Below are positions 20,233 to 30,355 of a stretch of DNA of 64,000 nt, piece by piece. Where the stretch lies: the NCBI GenBank assembly GCA_965221125.1, contig CBDCRW010000007.1:256001-320000 (forward strand). The letters are read 5' to 3'. This stretch comes from Alphaproteobacteria bacterium. GTDB taxonomy: Bacteria > Pseudomonadota > Alphaproteobacteria > UBA828. How positions within the stretch are numbered: position 1 is the stretch's first letter; every line of letters starts with the position of its first letter. A model generated the notes under the pieces. That model worked only from the letters and a program-made list of their open reading frames with translations, ran no database searches and was not told where the DNA came from. The translations under genes and the position numbers were made by a program.

Positions 20233-21685
20233 GGTTGTGTCCCCAGACGTGGTGTAGGAGCTCCCGCTACCCCCGGTAGCTGTGGGTAACCGGCTTGGCG
20301 CCGCGACCGCCCTCGAGTCTGGTGGCGCCAAGCCGGTTATCCACAGCGGGGTGGCCATCGCGGTTCCGGTTTAGGGTTTGGGTGAATCCGAATCGACCCG
20401 AGCCTAAGGAGAACCACGATGACCGATGACAAGCTTACCCTGCGGACGCTGTTGGAGAAGAGCTCTGACGCCGATCTGCTGCGTGAGATGATCGCCTTCT
20501 CTGCGCAGCGCCTTATGGAGCTGGAAGTCGAGGGCCTGACCGGCGCCGAGCATGGCGCGCGGACGCCGGAGCGGATCAACCAGCGCAACGGCTACCGCGA
20601 TCGGCCTTGGGAGACCCGGGCCGGCACGGTCGACCTGAAGATTCCGAAGCTCAGGAAGGGGAGCTACTTCCCCGGCTTCCTGGAGCCCCGACGGACGGCG
20701 GAGAAGGCGCTCACGGCGGTGATCCAGGAGGCCTACATCCAGGGGGTATCGACCCGCTCGGTCGACGAACTGGTTCAGGCCATGGGCATGAGCGGGATAT
20801 CGAAGAGCCAGGTCTCGCGCCTTTGCGGGGAGATAGACGACAAGATCCGCAGCTTCCTCGACCGCCCGCTCGAAGGCGACTGGCCCTATCTCTGGCTGGA
20901 TGCGACTTACGTGAAGGTGCGCGAGGCCGGGCGCATCGTCCCGGTCGCGGTCACCGTGGCCGTCGCGGTCAACGACCAGGGCCGGCGCGAGATCCTCGGC
21001 ATGGCGATCGGCGCCTCCGAGGCCGAGACCTTCTGGACCGAGTTCCTGCGCTCGCTGACCAGGCGCGGCCTGCGCGGCGTGCAGCTGGTGATCTCCGACG
21101 ACCACAAGGGCCTGAAGGCCGCCACCACCCGGATCCTCGGCGCCACCTGGCAGAGATGCCGCGTCCACTTCATGCGCAACCTGCTGGCCCATGCCGGCAA
21201 GCAGGGCCGGCGCGTCGTCTCCGCCTTCGTCGCCACCGCCTTCGCCCAGGACGATGCCGAGGCCGCTGCCGCCCAGTGGCGCCTGATCGCCGACCAGCTC
21301 AGGCCCAAGGCCTCCAAGCTGGCGGCCCTCATGGACGAGGCCCAGCACGACGTCCTCGCCTACATGAGCTTCCCCAAGGAGCACCGGGTCAAGCTTCACT
21401 CGACCAACCCGCTCGAACGCGTCAACGGCGAGATCAAGCGACGCACCAACGTCGTCGGCATCTTCCCCAACGAGGACGCCATCACCCGCCTCGTCGGCGC
21501 CGTGCTGCTCGAGCAGAACGACGAATGGACCGTCGGAAGGAGGTACATGACGCTGGAATCGATCGCTCCCCTGAGCGACAATCCCACGATCAAGCTGTCC
21601 GCTGTGGCAGCCTGAATAACCCGGCCCTACCCGCCGGATGCCGCGTAAAGCGCGACGCTCTTACACCACTCCTCGGGACACGATC
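20233..21685 (+). mobile_element. IS256 family element
   Basis: TIRs GGTTGTGTCCCCAGACGTGGTGTA / TACACCACTCCTCGGGACACGATC; 8-bp TSD AATCAGGG (20225-32, 21686-93). Confidence 0.93.
20419..21615 (+). CDS. IS256 (Mutator) transposase
   Basis: [47 protein letters not shown]. Confidence 0.95.
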   Translation: MTDDKLTLRTLLEKSSDADLLREMIAFSAQRLMELEVEGLTGAEHGARTPERINQRNGYRDRPWETRAGTVDLKIPKLRKGSYFPGFLEPRRTAEKALTAVIQEAYIQGVSTRSVDELVQAMGMSGISKSQVSRLCGEIDDKIRSFLDRPLEGDWPYLWLDATYVKVREAGRIVPVAVTVAVAVNDQGRREILGMAIGASEAETFWTEFLRSLTRRGLRGVQLVISDDHKGLKAATTRILGATWQRCRVHFMRNLLAHAGKQGRRVVSAFVATAFAQDDAEAAAAQWRLIADQLRPKASKLAALMDEAQHDVLAYMSFPKEHRVKLHSTNPLERVNGEIKRRTNVVGIFPNEDAITRLVGAVLLEQNDEWTVGRRYMTLESIAPLSDNPTIKLSAVAA

Positions 21686-21737
21686 AATCAGGGCAGCGAT
21701 CACGTCAAATAATCTGGGAGATTCGGCGTCAAATAAC

Positions 21738-22409
21738 GTGCGAAACAACACTGCAGAGGGCGACGGCAAGAGCGGGCGGACGGGCCAGCCGGACTTGCTG
21801 GCAAGCCTGCCGCCGGAAGGGCCACCCGCTTCGCCACCAGCGCCCGGTATCGATCCTGCCGTGGTCGAGGAATTGCTCACCGAAGTGCGAGAACTGCGGG
21901 AACAGGTGGCCGGACTGAAGGAAGCGGTAGCCGCCGCGCGGCCCGCGCCAGGGCCTGAGGCGGTACCTGAGGTGCTGACGCAGGAGGCTCTCGAGGCCTG
22001 GGGCGACAACTTCTTGGCCCGCGTGGCCGAGATCGCGCGAGCCGAGGCCGCGCCAAGGGGCGACGCGGCGGCGACCGTCGCAGCCCATGCCGCCAAGATC
22101 GAGGAAGCGGCGGCGAAGGCGGCAGCGGCGGCAGACCGTGTCGACCGGGGTATGGCGACTACCGCGGACCGGGTCGCGGCCGAGATCGAGGGGGCCGTGA
22201 CCAGAATCGAAAAGGGCCTTGCGGCGACGCGCTCCCAGGTCATCGAGCATTCCGGTTCGATCCGTGGGCTTCTCTATGACGTCCTCACGCAAACGGCTGG
22301 ACCGAAGTTCGGCCTGAAGACGCTTCTTGTGGGCCTGATCGTCCTGATCTTCGGCATGCTGATCGAGAGCCGCGCGCACTTGCTCTACAAATGGCTGTGG
22401 TCCGGTTGA
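21738..22409 (+). CDS. Coiled-coil protein with C-terminal TM helix upstream of relaxase (start uncertain)
   Basis: Open frame with Ala-rich coiled coil and LLVGLIVLIFGMLI tail. Confidence 0.55.
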   Translation: MRNNTAEGDGKSGRTGQPDLLASLPPEGPPASPPAPGIDPAVVEELLTEVRELREQVAGLKEAVAAARPAPGPEAVPEVLTQEALEAWGDNFLARVAEIARAEAAPRGDAAATVAAHAAKIEEAAAKAAAAADRVDRGMATTADRVAAEIEGAVTRIEKGLAATRSQVIEHSGSIRGLLYDVLTQTAGPKFGLKTLLVGLIVLIFGMLIESRAHLLYKWLWSG

Positions 22410-22496
22410 GCCGGCGGCGTCCCGCCTCTCCGCTCCGGCGTCCCGTCTCCCTGCGTCCGCCGCGCACCGACGCGCCCATGCGTGGGGCCTGAGCCG

Positions 22497-25400
22497 ATGG
22501 TCGCCACGGTGGTGGAGCTCCGCTCGTCCGCCATGGCGGTGACCTATTACGAGCGCGACGGCTACTACGCAAAGAACGACCCCGAGCACCGCCAGGCGAG
22601 CTTCTGGTACGGGGACGCGGCGAAGGCGCTGGGGCTCAAGGCCCATGTGCGTCCCTCGCGCTTCGAATCGGTGCTGTCGGGATACGTGCCGGGGACGGAC
22701 CTGCGTCTCGGCCGGATGCGCGAGGGGGAGCACGATCACCGGCCCGGCTGGGACATCACCCTGTCGGCTCCGAAGTCGGTATCGCTGGAGGCGCTGGTGA
22801 TGGGAGACCGCCGGGTGATCCGGGCTCACGACGAGGCGGTGCGCGCGACGCTGGCGTTCGTGGAGGCGGAGCTTCTTCAGACCCGGGGCTGGGACCCCGC
22901 GACCAGGCGCCGTCCCCGGGTGCAGGCGGAGGGCATGGTGGTGGCGGGGTTCCGTCATCTCGCGAGCCGCGACCAGGACCCGCAGCTGCACACTCACTGC
23001 GTGCTGGCCAACATGACGCGGAATGCCTCAGGCGAGTGGCGGAGCGTGGAGCCGACGAAGATCCGCCGCAGCGAGAAGCTGATCGGAGCATTTTACCGGA
23101 ACGAGCTCGCGCTGCGTCTCCAGGCTTTGGGTATGGCCGTCTCGCCGACCCTGGTGGGACGGGTGCCGGGGTTCGAGCTCGCGGGCTACGACCGCGCCTT
23201 CCTGGACGCGTTCTCGGGCAGGCGCCGCGAGATTCTCGCGTACCTGGAACGCCAGGACCTGTCCTATACGGCGAAGCACACGCAGATGGCGGCGCTGCAC
23301 ACGCGCCGGCGCAAGGAGGACAAGGGCCTTGCGGACCTGGTGCCGGAATGGCGCGCGCGGGCGCGGGCGCTGGGTCTGGTCCGGGAGAAGACGGCCCTCA
23401 GGCCGCCCCGCCCGCTCGACCCGGTGACCGGCGAGCGGGTGGGGTTGCCGCACGTGCCCCCACCCGACCTGCCGGCCAACGAGATCCGCAGCCTGAAGCG
23501 TGCGCCGGCGCTGCCGAAGCTGCCGGAGCAGCCCAGCAATGACATTGCCGAACGCGCGGGCACGCGTCCCGAGCCCTCCCGCTCACCGGCGCCGGCGGAG
23601 CTGTCGCAGGAGCCCGAGCGGGGCGTCCTGGAGGCGGTGGCGCGGGCTGTGGCGCACGTTGCTGAGAGGCGCACCGCGATCCCGGAGGCCGAGATCCGGG
23701 CGGTGGCGCTGGGCCATGCGCCGGGGCGCTACACCCTGGCCGAGGTCGACGGGGCGATCGCACGGCTGGTGTCCGGCGGCGAGCTGATCGAGGCGGAACG
23801 CCGGGGCATGGACCGGGCCTTCGTCACCGACCGGGCGGTGAAGGCCGAACGCCAGGTGCTGGCGTCGATGCGGGCGGGGCGCTCACGGGGAATGGCGCTG
23901 GCCGGCGCGGATGCCGTCGAGGTGCGGCTCGACGCGTCGCGTCTCACCAAGGGCCAGAGGGAGGCGGTCCGCACGGTGCTGCTGTCGAACGATCTCACGG
24001 TCGGCGTGCAGGGCCACGCCGGGAGCGGCAAGACCACCATGCTGAGGGAGGTGAAGGCGCTTCTCGGGGACAGGACGATACAGGGCCTTGCGCCCTCTGC
24101 CGCCGCCGCACGGGTTCTCGCCAGGGAGGCGGACATCCCCTCACGGACGCTGCAGCACTTCCTGACCCGCTTCAACGATCTCTCGGACCCGGCGCGGCTG
24201 GCGCGGGGCCGGGAGGAGTACGGGGGCGCGGTGCTGGCGGTGGACGAGGCCTCGATGATCGACACCGTGCGCATGGAGGCGCTGCTGCGCATCGCGCGCG
24301 ATCTGAATGTGGCGCGTGTCGCGCTGGTGGGCGACACGGCGCAGCTGAGGGGGGTGGATGCTGGAGAACCCTTCCGTCTGCTGCAGAAGGCGGGCATGGC
24401 GACGGCGACCATGGACGAGGTGCTGCGCCAGCGCGACCCGGCGCTGCGCGCGACGGTAGGCCGCGTCAGGGAGGGGGAGCCGGGCGCGGCGATCGCGGCG
24501 CTGGGCAACCGGGTGCGCGAAGTGCGGCGCGAGGAGCTCGGCATCGAGGCGGCGCGGCGCTGGCTCGCGCTGGCGCCTGTGCAGCGGGCGGACACCCTGA
24601 TCCTCGCGCCGACGCACGCCATTCGCCGGCAGGCGAACGAGGCGGCGCGCGAAGGGCTCGCGGAGGAAGGGGTCTTGCGGGGCCGCACGCTCGCCGTCGA
24701 CCGCCTGGTAAATCGGCGGCTCACCCGCGCGCTGGCCTCCGACATACGGAGCTACGAGCCCGGCGACACTATAGTGTTCCACCGCGACGTCTTCGGCTGC
24801 CGCGTCAACGACGTCTGCACCGTGATGGGCCACGACGGCGGCAGGGTCGTACTGGCGCATGCGGACGGCGAGCGCCGGTTCCGGCCCTCGGGCAATGCGG
24901 CGCGCTATCTGGGCCTCTACGACACCGAGCGGATCGAGCTGCGCGCCGGCGACCAAATCCGCTGGACGCGCAACCGCAAGGCCCCGCCCGCCCGCGGCAG
25001 GCATCCCCAGGCACCGGACCTGGTCAATGGCGGCGAGGCGAAGATCGTGGAGATCGGCTATGAGCGGGTGCGCTTCCGCGAGGGCGGCCGGGAGTTCGGC
25101 CTCTCGCTTACCGACCCACAGCTGCGCCATCTCGATCATGCGTACTGCTCCACCGTGCATTCTGCGCAGGGCCGGACGGCGCGGGCGGCGATCGCGGTGC
25201 TGGACGCGGGCGGCTGGGTCGACCGCGAGCTGTTCCATGTCGAGCTCAGCCGGGTCTCGGAAGAGTTCCTGCTGCTGACCGACGACCGCGACGCGCTCAT
25301 CGAGAGCATGGCATACGACCGGAGCGAGGACGGTGCGCTGGAGGCGCTGGGGATCGACCTTTCCGAGCCCCCCGTGGTGGACCCCGAAGAGTTCACGGCG

Positions 25401-27356
25401 CTGGCGGCGGACTGGCGGGCACTTCTGCGGAAGAGCGAGGAGACGAACACGATTCCATTTTTCCTGTCGGGCTACCGGGACACGATGGCCCAGGCTGCGG
25501 CGCTCGCGCAGATCGAGGATCTGCCGGAGGACATGCGCCGCCTCACCGACACCATGCTGGCGAAACACGAGGAGCATCTTGCGCATGACCGGGAAGTGCA
25601 GGGCCTCGTCGAGGGCATCCGGGACCATTGGCGGCGCTGGCCGGAGTTGGGCTGGGCGGCCTCCGCGCAGGGCGTGCCTGTAGAGAAACTTCCCGCACAC
25701 GCTGCCTGGCGCGAGGAAGGGGCGGCGCTCCTGGAGGCGGGCCGCAGCCTGGTGGAGGCGGAGGGCGGGGCGGCCCACCGCGTGGCGGCACACCATGAGG
25801 TGGTACACCGCCAGGTGGTACACCGCCAGGTGGTACACCGCGATGTGGCCCACCACCTCCATGCCATGCCGGGCGGGCGCGCCGGTCTGGAAGACGCCGT
25901 CGTTATGCTTGAACGCACGCGGCTCCTCGACGATGCCGGGCGCTTCGAACGCGCGTGGCACGCGCTTCGCGAGCGAGCGACGGAGAGCGTCGTCCCGGAG
26001 ATTTACGCGCCGGGCTACCGGCAGGTGGCGGCGCTTGGCCAAAAGCTCGTGCTCGCCGATCAGGGGCTCGATGAGCGCGCGCAGCGCGCGGTGGCGGAAT
26101 GGCGGGAGATCGGTACGGCGCAGAGGGCGCTGGCGGAAGAGGTGCGCGCCCTGCCCGGCCGTATCGCGGCGTGGCTGTCAGCGGACCTGCCGCAGGACGA
26201 GCCCGGCGGGCTCGATCCTGACCATCCCGTGCGGCAGTCCTGGCGCGGGGAAGGCGCCAGGATGCAAGCCATGGCCGGGGACATGCTGCGCCCCGAAGAC
26301 GCCCACGCGCCCTACCTGGACGCCGAACCGGGCGGGCGCGAGGCTGTCCGGCAGGCGGCCGAAGAGGTCGCCGACGCGCTCCGGCACGACGGCTACCGGG
26401 CATTCGGGTGGCTGACGAAGGAGGTGAACCGGCAGGCGCAAGAAACCCGGACCGAAGCGTTCCACGTGCCGCGCTACGGCGAGCTGGTCGCACAGGCCGA
26501 GGCGCTCTCCGTGCAGGCGGCGCTGCCGGCGCGCACGCAGGAGGTCGTCGCATCATGGCTCGGCTACCATGCCAGGTGCGAACCGCTCTGCCGGCAGATC
26601 CGGGAATGGCCCGCACTGCTGGACGCGCTCACGGCGGACTGCCCCGAACGTCCCGCGAGGCTCGACGCCCTGACTGACTGGCGGCAGCGGGCGGAGCCCC
26701 TGCTCGCCGAGGCCCGAACGATGATGGCGGAGGACGCCCCTCACGCGCCCCATCTGGACGCCATTCCGGGCGAGCGCAAGGCGCTGGCCGAGGGAACGGG
26801 CCGCCTCGACCGCGCGCTGATCGAGGTCGAGGCGCGGGAGACGGTCGTGCTGTCATCGGTCGTACAGAAGTGGGCTAACGAGACGGGCGGGATCGGCTTC
26901 GACAGCCGCGCCTATGACGCGCTGATGGAGCGCGCGCGTTCTCTCGATGCCAGGCCGCATCTGCCGGAGGATTTGCGCGGCACGGTCGACGGCCTTCTCG
27001 CCAGGGACGAACGCTGGGCGCTCGACAGGGATCGGGTCCAAGCATTCCTCGTGCGGGCCGCGGAGTTCGAGCGCGCGCGGAACGCTCTGACGCAGATGGA
27101 CGTCACGACCAACTCGTTCGAGGAGCGTCGACAGGCCCGGCAGGACTGCGAGCGGAAAGAGAAGGAGGTTCTCGACGAAGCGGTGGCAATCAGGAAGAAC
27201 ATGCCGCAACACGAGCTCGCCGCTCATCTGGCCGCCGCCGGCGCAGGCTCGGACACGGTCCGTGAGCGCGAAGAGGAGATCCGCAACAGGATCGCCCGGG
27301 AACAGGAAAGGCAGGCCGCCCTGCGAATGAGCCGCGACCGGGGAATGTCGATGTAG
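22497..27356 (+). CDS. trwC: MOBF/TrwC-type conjugative relaxase-helicase
   Basis: YYERDGYY, DITLSAPKSVS, HLASRDQDPQLHTH, GHAGSGKTT, DEASM, HAYCSTVHSAQGRT. Confidence 0.9.
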   Translation: MVATVVELRSSAMAVTYYERDGYYAKNDPEHRQASFWYGDAAKALGLKAHVRPSRFESVLSGYVPGTDLRLGRMREGEHDHRPGWDITLSAPKSVSLEALVMGDRRVIRAHDEAVRATLAFVEAELLQTRGWDPATRRRPRVQAEGMVVAGFRHLASRDQDPQLHTHCVLANMTRNASGEWRSVEPTKIRRSEKLIGAFYRNELALRLQALGMAVSPTLVGRVPGFELAGYDRAFLDAFSGRRREILAYLERQDLSYTAKHTQMAALHTRRRKEDKGLADLVPEWRARARALGLVREKTALRPPRPLDPVTGERVGLPHVPPPDLPANEIRSLKRAPALPKLPEQPSNDIAERAGTRPEPSRSPAPAELSQEPERGVLEAVARAVAHVAERRTAIPEAEIRAVALGHAPGRYTLAEVDGAIARLVSGGELIEAERRGMDRAFVTDRAVKAERQVLASMRAGRSRGMALAGADAVEVRLDASRLTKGQREAVRTVLLSNDLTVGVQGHAGSGKTTMLREVKALLGDRTIQGLAPSAAAARVLAREADIPSRTLQHFLTRFNDLSDPARLARGREEYGGAVLAVDEASMIDTVRMEALLRIARDLNVARVALVGDTAQLRGVDAGEPFRLLQKAGMATATMDEVLRQRDPALRATVGRVREGEPGAAIAALGNRVREVRREELGIEAARRWLALAPVQRADTLILAPTHAIRRQANEAAREGLAEEGVLRGRTLAVDRLVNRRLTRALASDIRSYEPGDTIVFHRDVFGCRVNDVCTVMGHDGGRVVLAHADGERRFRPSGNAARYLGLYDTERIELRAGDQIRWTRNRKAPPARGRHPQAPDLVNGGEAKIVEIGYERVRFREGGREFGLSLTDPQLRHLDHAYCSTVHSAQGRTARAAIAVLDAGGWVDRELFHVELSRVSEEFLLLTDDRDALIESMAYDRSEDGALEALGIDLSEPPVVDPEEFTALAADWRALLRKSEETNTIPFFLSGYRDTMAQAAALAQIEDLPEDMRRLTDTMLAKHEEHLAHDREVQGLVEGIRDHWRRWPELGWAASAQGVPVEKLPAHAAWREEGAALLEAGRSLVEAEGGAAHRVAAHHEVVHRQVVHRQVVHRDVAHHLHAMPGGRAGLEDAVVMLERTRLLDDAGRFERAWHALRERATESVVPEIYAPGYRQVAALGQKLVLADQGLDERAQRAVAEWREIGTAQRALAEEVRALPGRIAAWLSADLPQDEPGGLDPDHPVRQSWRGEGARMQAMAGDMLRPEDAHAPYLDAEPGGREAVRQAAEEVADALRHDGYRAFGWLTKEVNRQAQETRTEAFHVPRYGELVAQAEALSVQAALPARTQEVVASWLGYHARCEPLCRQIREWPALLDALTADCPERPARLDALTDWRQRAEPLLAEARTMMAEDAPHAPHLDAIPGERKALAEGTGRLDRALIEVEARETVVLSSVVQKWANETGGIGFDSRAYDALMERARSLDARPHLPEDLRGTVDGLLARDERWALDRDRVQAFLVRAAEFERARNALTQMDVTTNSFEERRQARQDCERKEKEVLDEAVAIRKNMPQHELAAHLAAAGAGSDTVREREEEIRNRIAREQERQAALRMSRDRGMSM
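25798..25842 (+). repeat. 3x 15-bp tandem repeat AGGTGGTACACCGCC in relaxase
   Basis: Encodes VVHRQ-VVHRQ-VVHRD. Confidence 0.85.
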
Positions 27357-27742
27357 GGAAGTATAGCTAAGGGCTCACCGCGACAGTTGATCTTATGTAT
27401 CCAATACTATAGTTTCAGTCCCGCAACATCAATCAAGCTCGCTTTACTAGGACGTGTACTCACTAACGTGGCAGCTGCTTGAATGCATGAGGTTTTCATC
27501 AGCTGGTCGGTTGAGACACATTTGGGAAAATCATTGTTTGAACAGAACTTTCTGCAGTAACGAGTACAGAACCTTAGGTTGCCCGCTGAATACGACAGCC
27601 TTTACCCGGTGCTAGGTAGCTCCCCACGCTTGGCGATTAAGTGGATCTTTTGCTATTCCTGAGTGACACTGCAACACGGCCCGCGCCGACGATCTCAACT
27701 AACATGGAAGTGATGAAGAATGCATACCCGTAAGTGCCCACA

Positions 27743-28348
27743 ATGAAGTTTCCAAGAACGGACAATGTCTTGCCCGCACGCCGCACGGCCACGAACAACG
27801 CCAGTTACTACCAAGACCTACATGAGACGTCCGAAGGATACCAGAATAATAACTGGCTTGTTGGAGAAAGACTCCTTCTGGAAATGACTTGTGGGAGGAC
27901 TGTCATCGAGATCGGTTGCGGAAACGGGCGGTTTTTGAGGGAAGCGTCCAAGATCGCCAGGAGTGTCCACGGCATCGATTGGGCGATCAGCTCATGTATG
28001 GACGGGTTACCTCCGAATGTAACTTTCTCCCAGGCGGATTTGTTGTCAGAACCGATCCCGAAAGCAGATGTTCTTTGCTCAGGCGACGTGCTGGAGCACT
28101 TCCCCGAGGACGTACTGGATGCGCTAATCGAAAAAATATTGCTTGCGGCACCCCTTCAATATCACGTCATTGCGTGCTTTGACGACAACCACAGCCATTT
28201 GACGATCAAGAAGCCGGATTGGTGGTTGCGCAGGTTCCAGGAGATCGGAAACCGGAAATTCCATTGCGAGTCGCGTTACAGAAAACGCAAACGCATTTTC
28301 GGACGCAATCGGCAAATTGCAATAGTCTACTCGCCAGGGGTGATTTAA
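27743..28348 (+). CDS. Class I SAM-dependent methyltransferase (lower-GC cargo)
   Basis: VIEIGCGNG, GID, DVLEHFPE. Confidence 0.8.
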   Translation: MKFPRTDNVLPARRTATNNASYYQDLHETSEGYQNNNWLVGERLLLEMTCGRTVIEIGCGNGRFLREASKIARSVHGIDWAISSCMDGLPPNVTFSQADLLSEPIPKADVLCSGDVLEHFPEDVLDALIEKILLAAPLQYHVIACFDDNHSHLTIKKPDWWLRRFQEIGNRKFHCESRYRKRKRIFGRNRQIAIVYSPGVI

Positions 28349-28726
28349 CGAACGTGCAGCGCTTGTATTCTTGGATGGTCAAGAAATTGGTCCCGATTAT
28401 CTGATGGGCGTTGGTGGGAACACTTCCATCCACATGAGAGGACTGGCTCAATCGAATTATTGCGATCTTACCTCCCTTACAGACCGGGCGTAATCTACAT
28501 GTCTCGCATGAGGTTCGGCAGTTATGGGAATTTCGGCTGTGGCTCTCTTTCGGGCGACATAGTCTCCGCATTGAAACCGAGGATCGCCAGGTCGATCTCT
28601 TTCGGCAAAGCATCTGTCAGCGATAGTGCTACACCCTACGTGCTCTTCGATCCCGTAATAATCGCTCTCCTAAATTGGTTGTTCTTCCTTGCTCAATTAT
28701 TCTATTTTTCTGAGAACATGGAACCC

Positions 28727-29269
28727 TTACTTGACTCTGATGATGAAAATTACTTCATGGTACGGTGGCACTAGGTCAATCTCTTGGCCTGGAATCGTCC
28801 CTTCCGAAATCAGAGGGTGCCACTGGTTGCTTCCCCAGCCTTGATTACGTTCCGGTCCGCCAACAGGGTGCCGTGTGACCGGGTCATTCACCCACCCAGT
28901 ACCGTAGACTTGGATGCTCAGGTTCTCAATGACATGAGACAGTCGACCTCCCGTAGTCTCGACATCAGGGTGTTCACCTCTCAAAAAGCGACCTCTCAAA
29001 TCAGGAGTGCCATTGGTACCATCGCATACCGCCCAGCCTTCTGGCAGTTCTCCTGATTCTGCTGTCCGATGCCAAGCAACTATCGTCCCTAAAGGGAGTA
29101 GTCTAGTTATGTGTGCAGGGACAGCTTTCTGCATTGCAGCATCTATTTTGGCGTCAATCTCTTCACCGATACCGTGCGCTCGACTCTCAACAGTAATCCC
29201 CCAGCCGACAATACCGGCGATGATGGTGCCCAAGACGACCATCTCCGTGAGGCTAAGATTGAAACGCAT
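28727..29269 (-). CDS. Membrane-anchored protein with phage tail-collar-like domain
   Basis: N-terminal TM; PLGTIVAW...LPEGWAVCDGTNGTPDLRGRFLRG...PPYHEVIFIIRV. Confidence 0.7.
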   Translation of the reverse strand: MRFNLSLTEMVVLGTIIAGIVGWGITVESRAHGIGEEIDAKIDAAMQKAVPAHITRLLPLGTIVAWHRTAESGELPEGWAVCDGTNGTPDLRGRFLRGEHPDVETTGGRLSHVIENLSIQVYGTGWVNDPVTRHPVGGPERNQGWGSNQWHPLISEGTIPGQEIDLVPPYHEVIFIIRVK

Positions 29270-29401
29270 AACTTATCTCCTTTATTACGTAGGTAGGTTG
29301 AAGTAGGACGGAGGCGTTTTTCTGCTCAGCACAGTTGCATCAACCTCCACAAGGCCATAATCGCCGGGTTCACCACTTCTCGCAAGCCTGTGGTCCGCGG
29401 T

Positions 29402-29528
29402 ATGTGCGTTGTGGCGTTTTTTGACAGCACGACGCTGATCTTTGGCGGCCGGATATCGACTGCCCGACCTCCACCGGGTGAGCAGAATGCAGCGCTTTGA
29501 CGCGAGAATGGGACATTACGGGAACATG
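29402..29528. repeat. Isolated IS-end remnant homologous to 41479-41605
   Basis: ATGTGCG(T/C)TGTGGCGTTTTT...GCTGATCTTTGGCGG...GCAGAATGCAGCG...ACGGGAACATG shared. Confidence 0.75.
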
Positions 29529-29537
29529 ATGACACAG

Positions 29538-30312
29538 ACGGCGAAGCACACGCAGATGGCGTCGCTTCACACGCGCCGGCGCAAGGAGGACAAGGGTCTC
29601 GCGGACTTGGTGCCGGAATGGCGCGAACGGGCGCGGGCACTGGGGCTGGTCCGGGAGAAGACGGCCCTCGCGCCGTCCCGGCCGCTCGACCCGGTGATTG
29701 GGCGAGCGGGTGACTGTGCCGCGTGTGCCCGCGCCCCGACCTGCCGGCCAACGAGATCCGCAGCCTGAAGCGCGCGCCGGCGCTGCCGAGGCTGCCTCGT
29801 GACGACGTTGCCGCGTTGGCGGGGGTGAACCCCACGCACCCTCGCTCTCCGGCGCCGGCGGAGCTGTCGCAGGAGCGCGCGCAAGGCGTCCTGGAGGCGG
29901 TGGCGCGTGCGGTGACGCACGTTGCGGAGAGGCGCACCGCGATCCCGGAGGCCGAGATCAGGGCGGTGGCGCTGGGCCATGCGCCGGGGCGCTACACCCT
30001 GGCCCAGGTCGACGCGGCGATCGCACGGCTGGTGTCCGGCGGCGAGCTGATCGAGGCGGAACGCCGAGGCATGGACCGGGCCTTCGTCACCGACCGGGCG
30101 GTGAAGGCCGAACGCCAGGTGCTGGCGTCGATGCGGGCAGGACGGGGCAAGGGAGCGGCGCTTGCCGGCGCGGATGCCGTCGAGGCGCGGCTCGGGGCGT
30201 CGCGTCTCACGCAGGGCAAGAGGGAGGCGGTCCGCACGGTGCTGCTGTCGAACGATCTCACGGTCGGCGTGCAGGGCCATGCAGGCAGCGGAAAGACCAC
30301 CATGCTGAGGGA
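29538..30312 (+). pseudogene. Internal fragment of a second trwC-like relaxase (copy of 23268-24049)
   Basis: Near-identical to the relaxase from TAKHTQMA to GKTTMLR; frameshifted and truncated at both ends. Confidence 0.88.
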
Positions 30313-30355
30313 CCGTGCATGCTCATTCCCTTGGCGGTTGCGCCATAAAGTTGAA

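Noticed and set aside
20607-22409. 600-aa ORF spanning IS256
   Set aside because: Chimera of an IS256 shadow frame and the downstream gene.
15276-25842. Short tandem repeats and the 50-bp repeat pair as a CRISPR array
   Set aside because: No unique spacers between constant repeats, only 2-3 copies, mostly in coding frames, and no cas genes.
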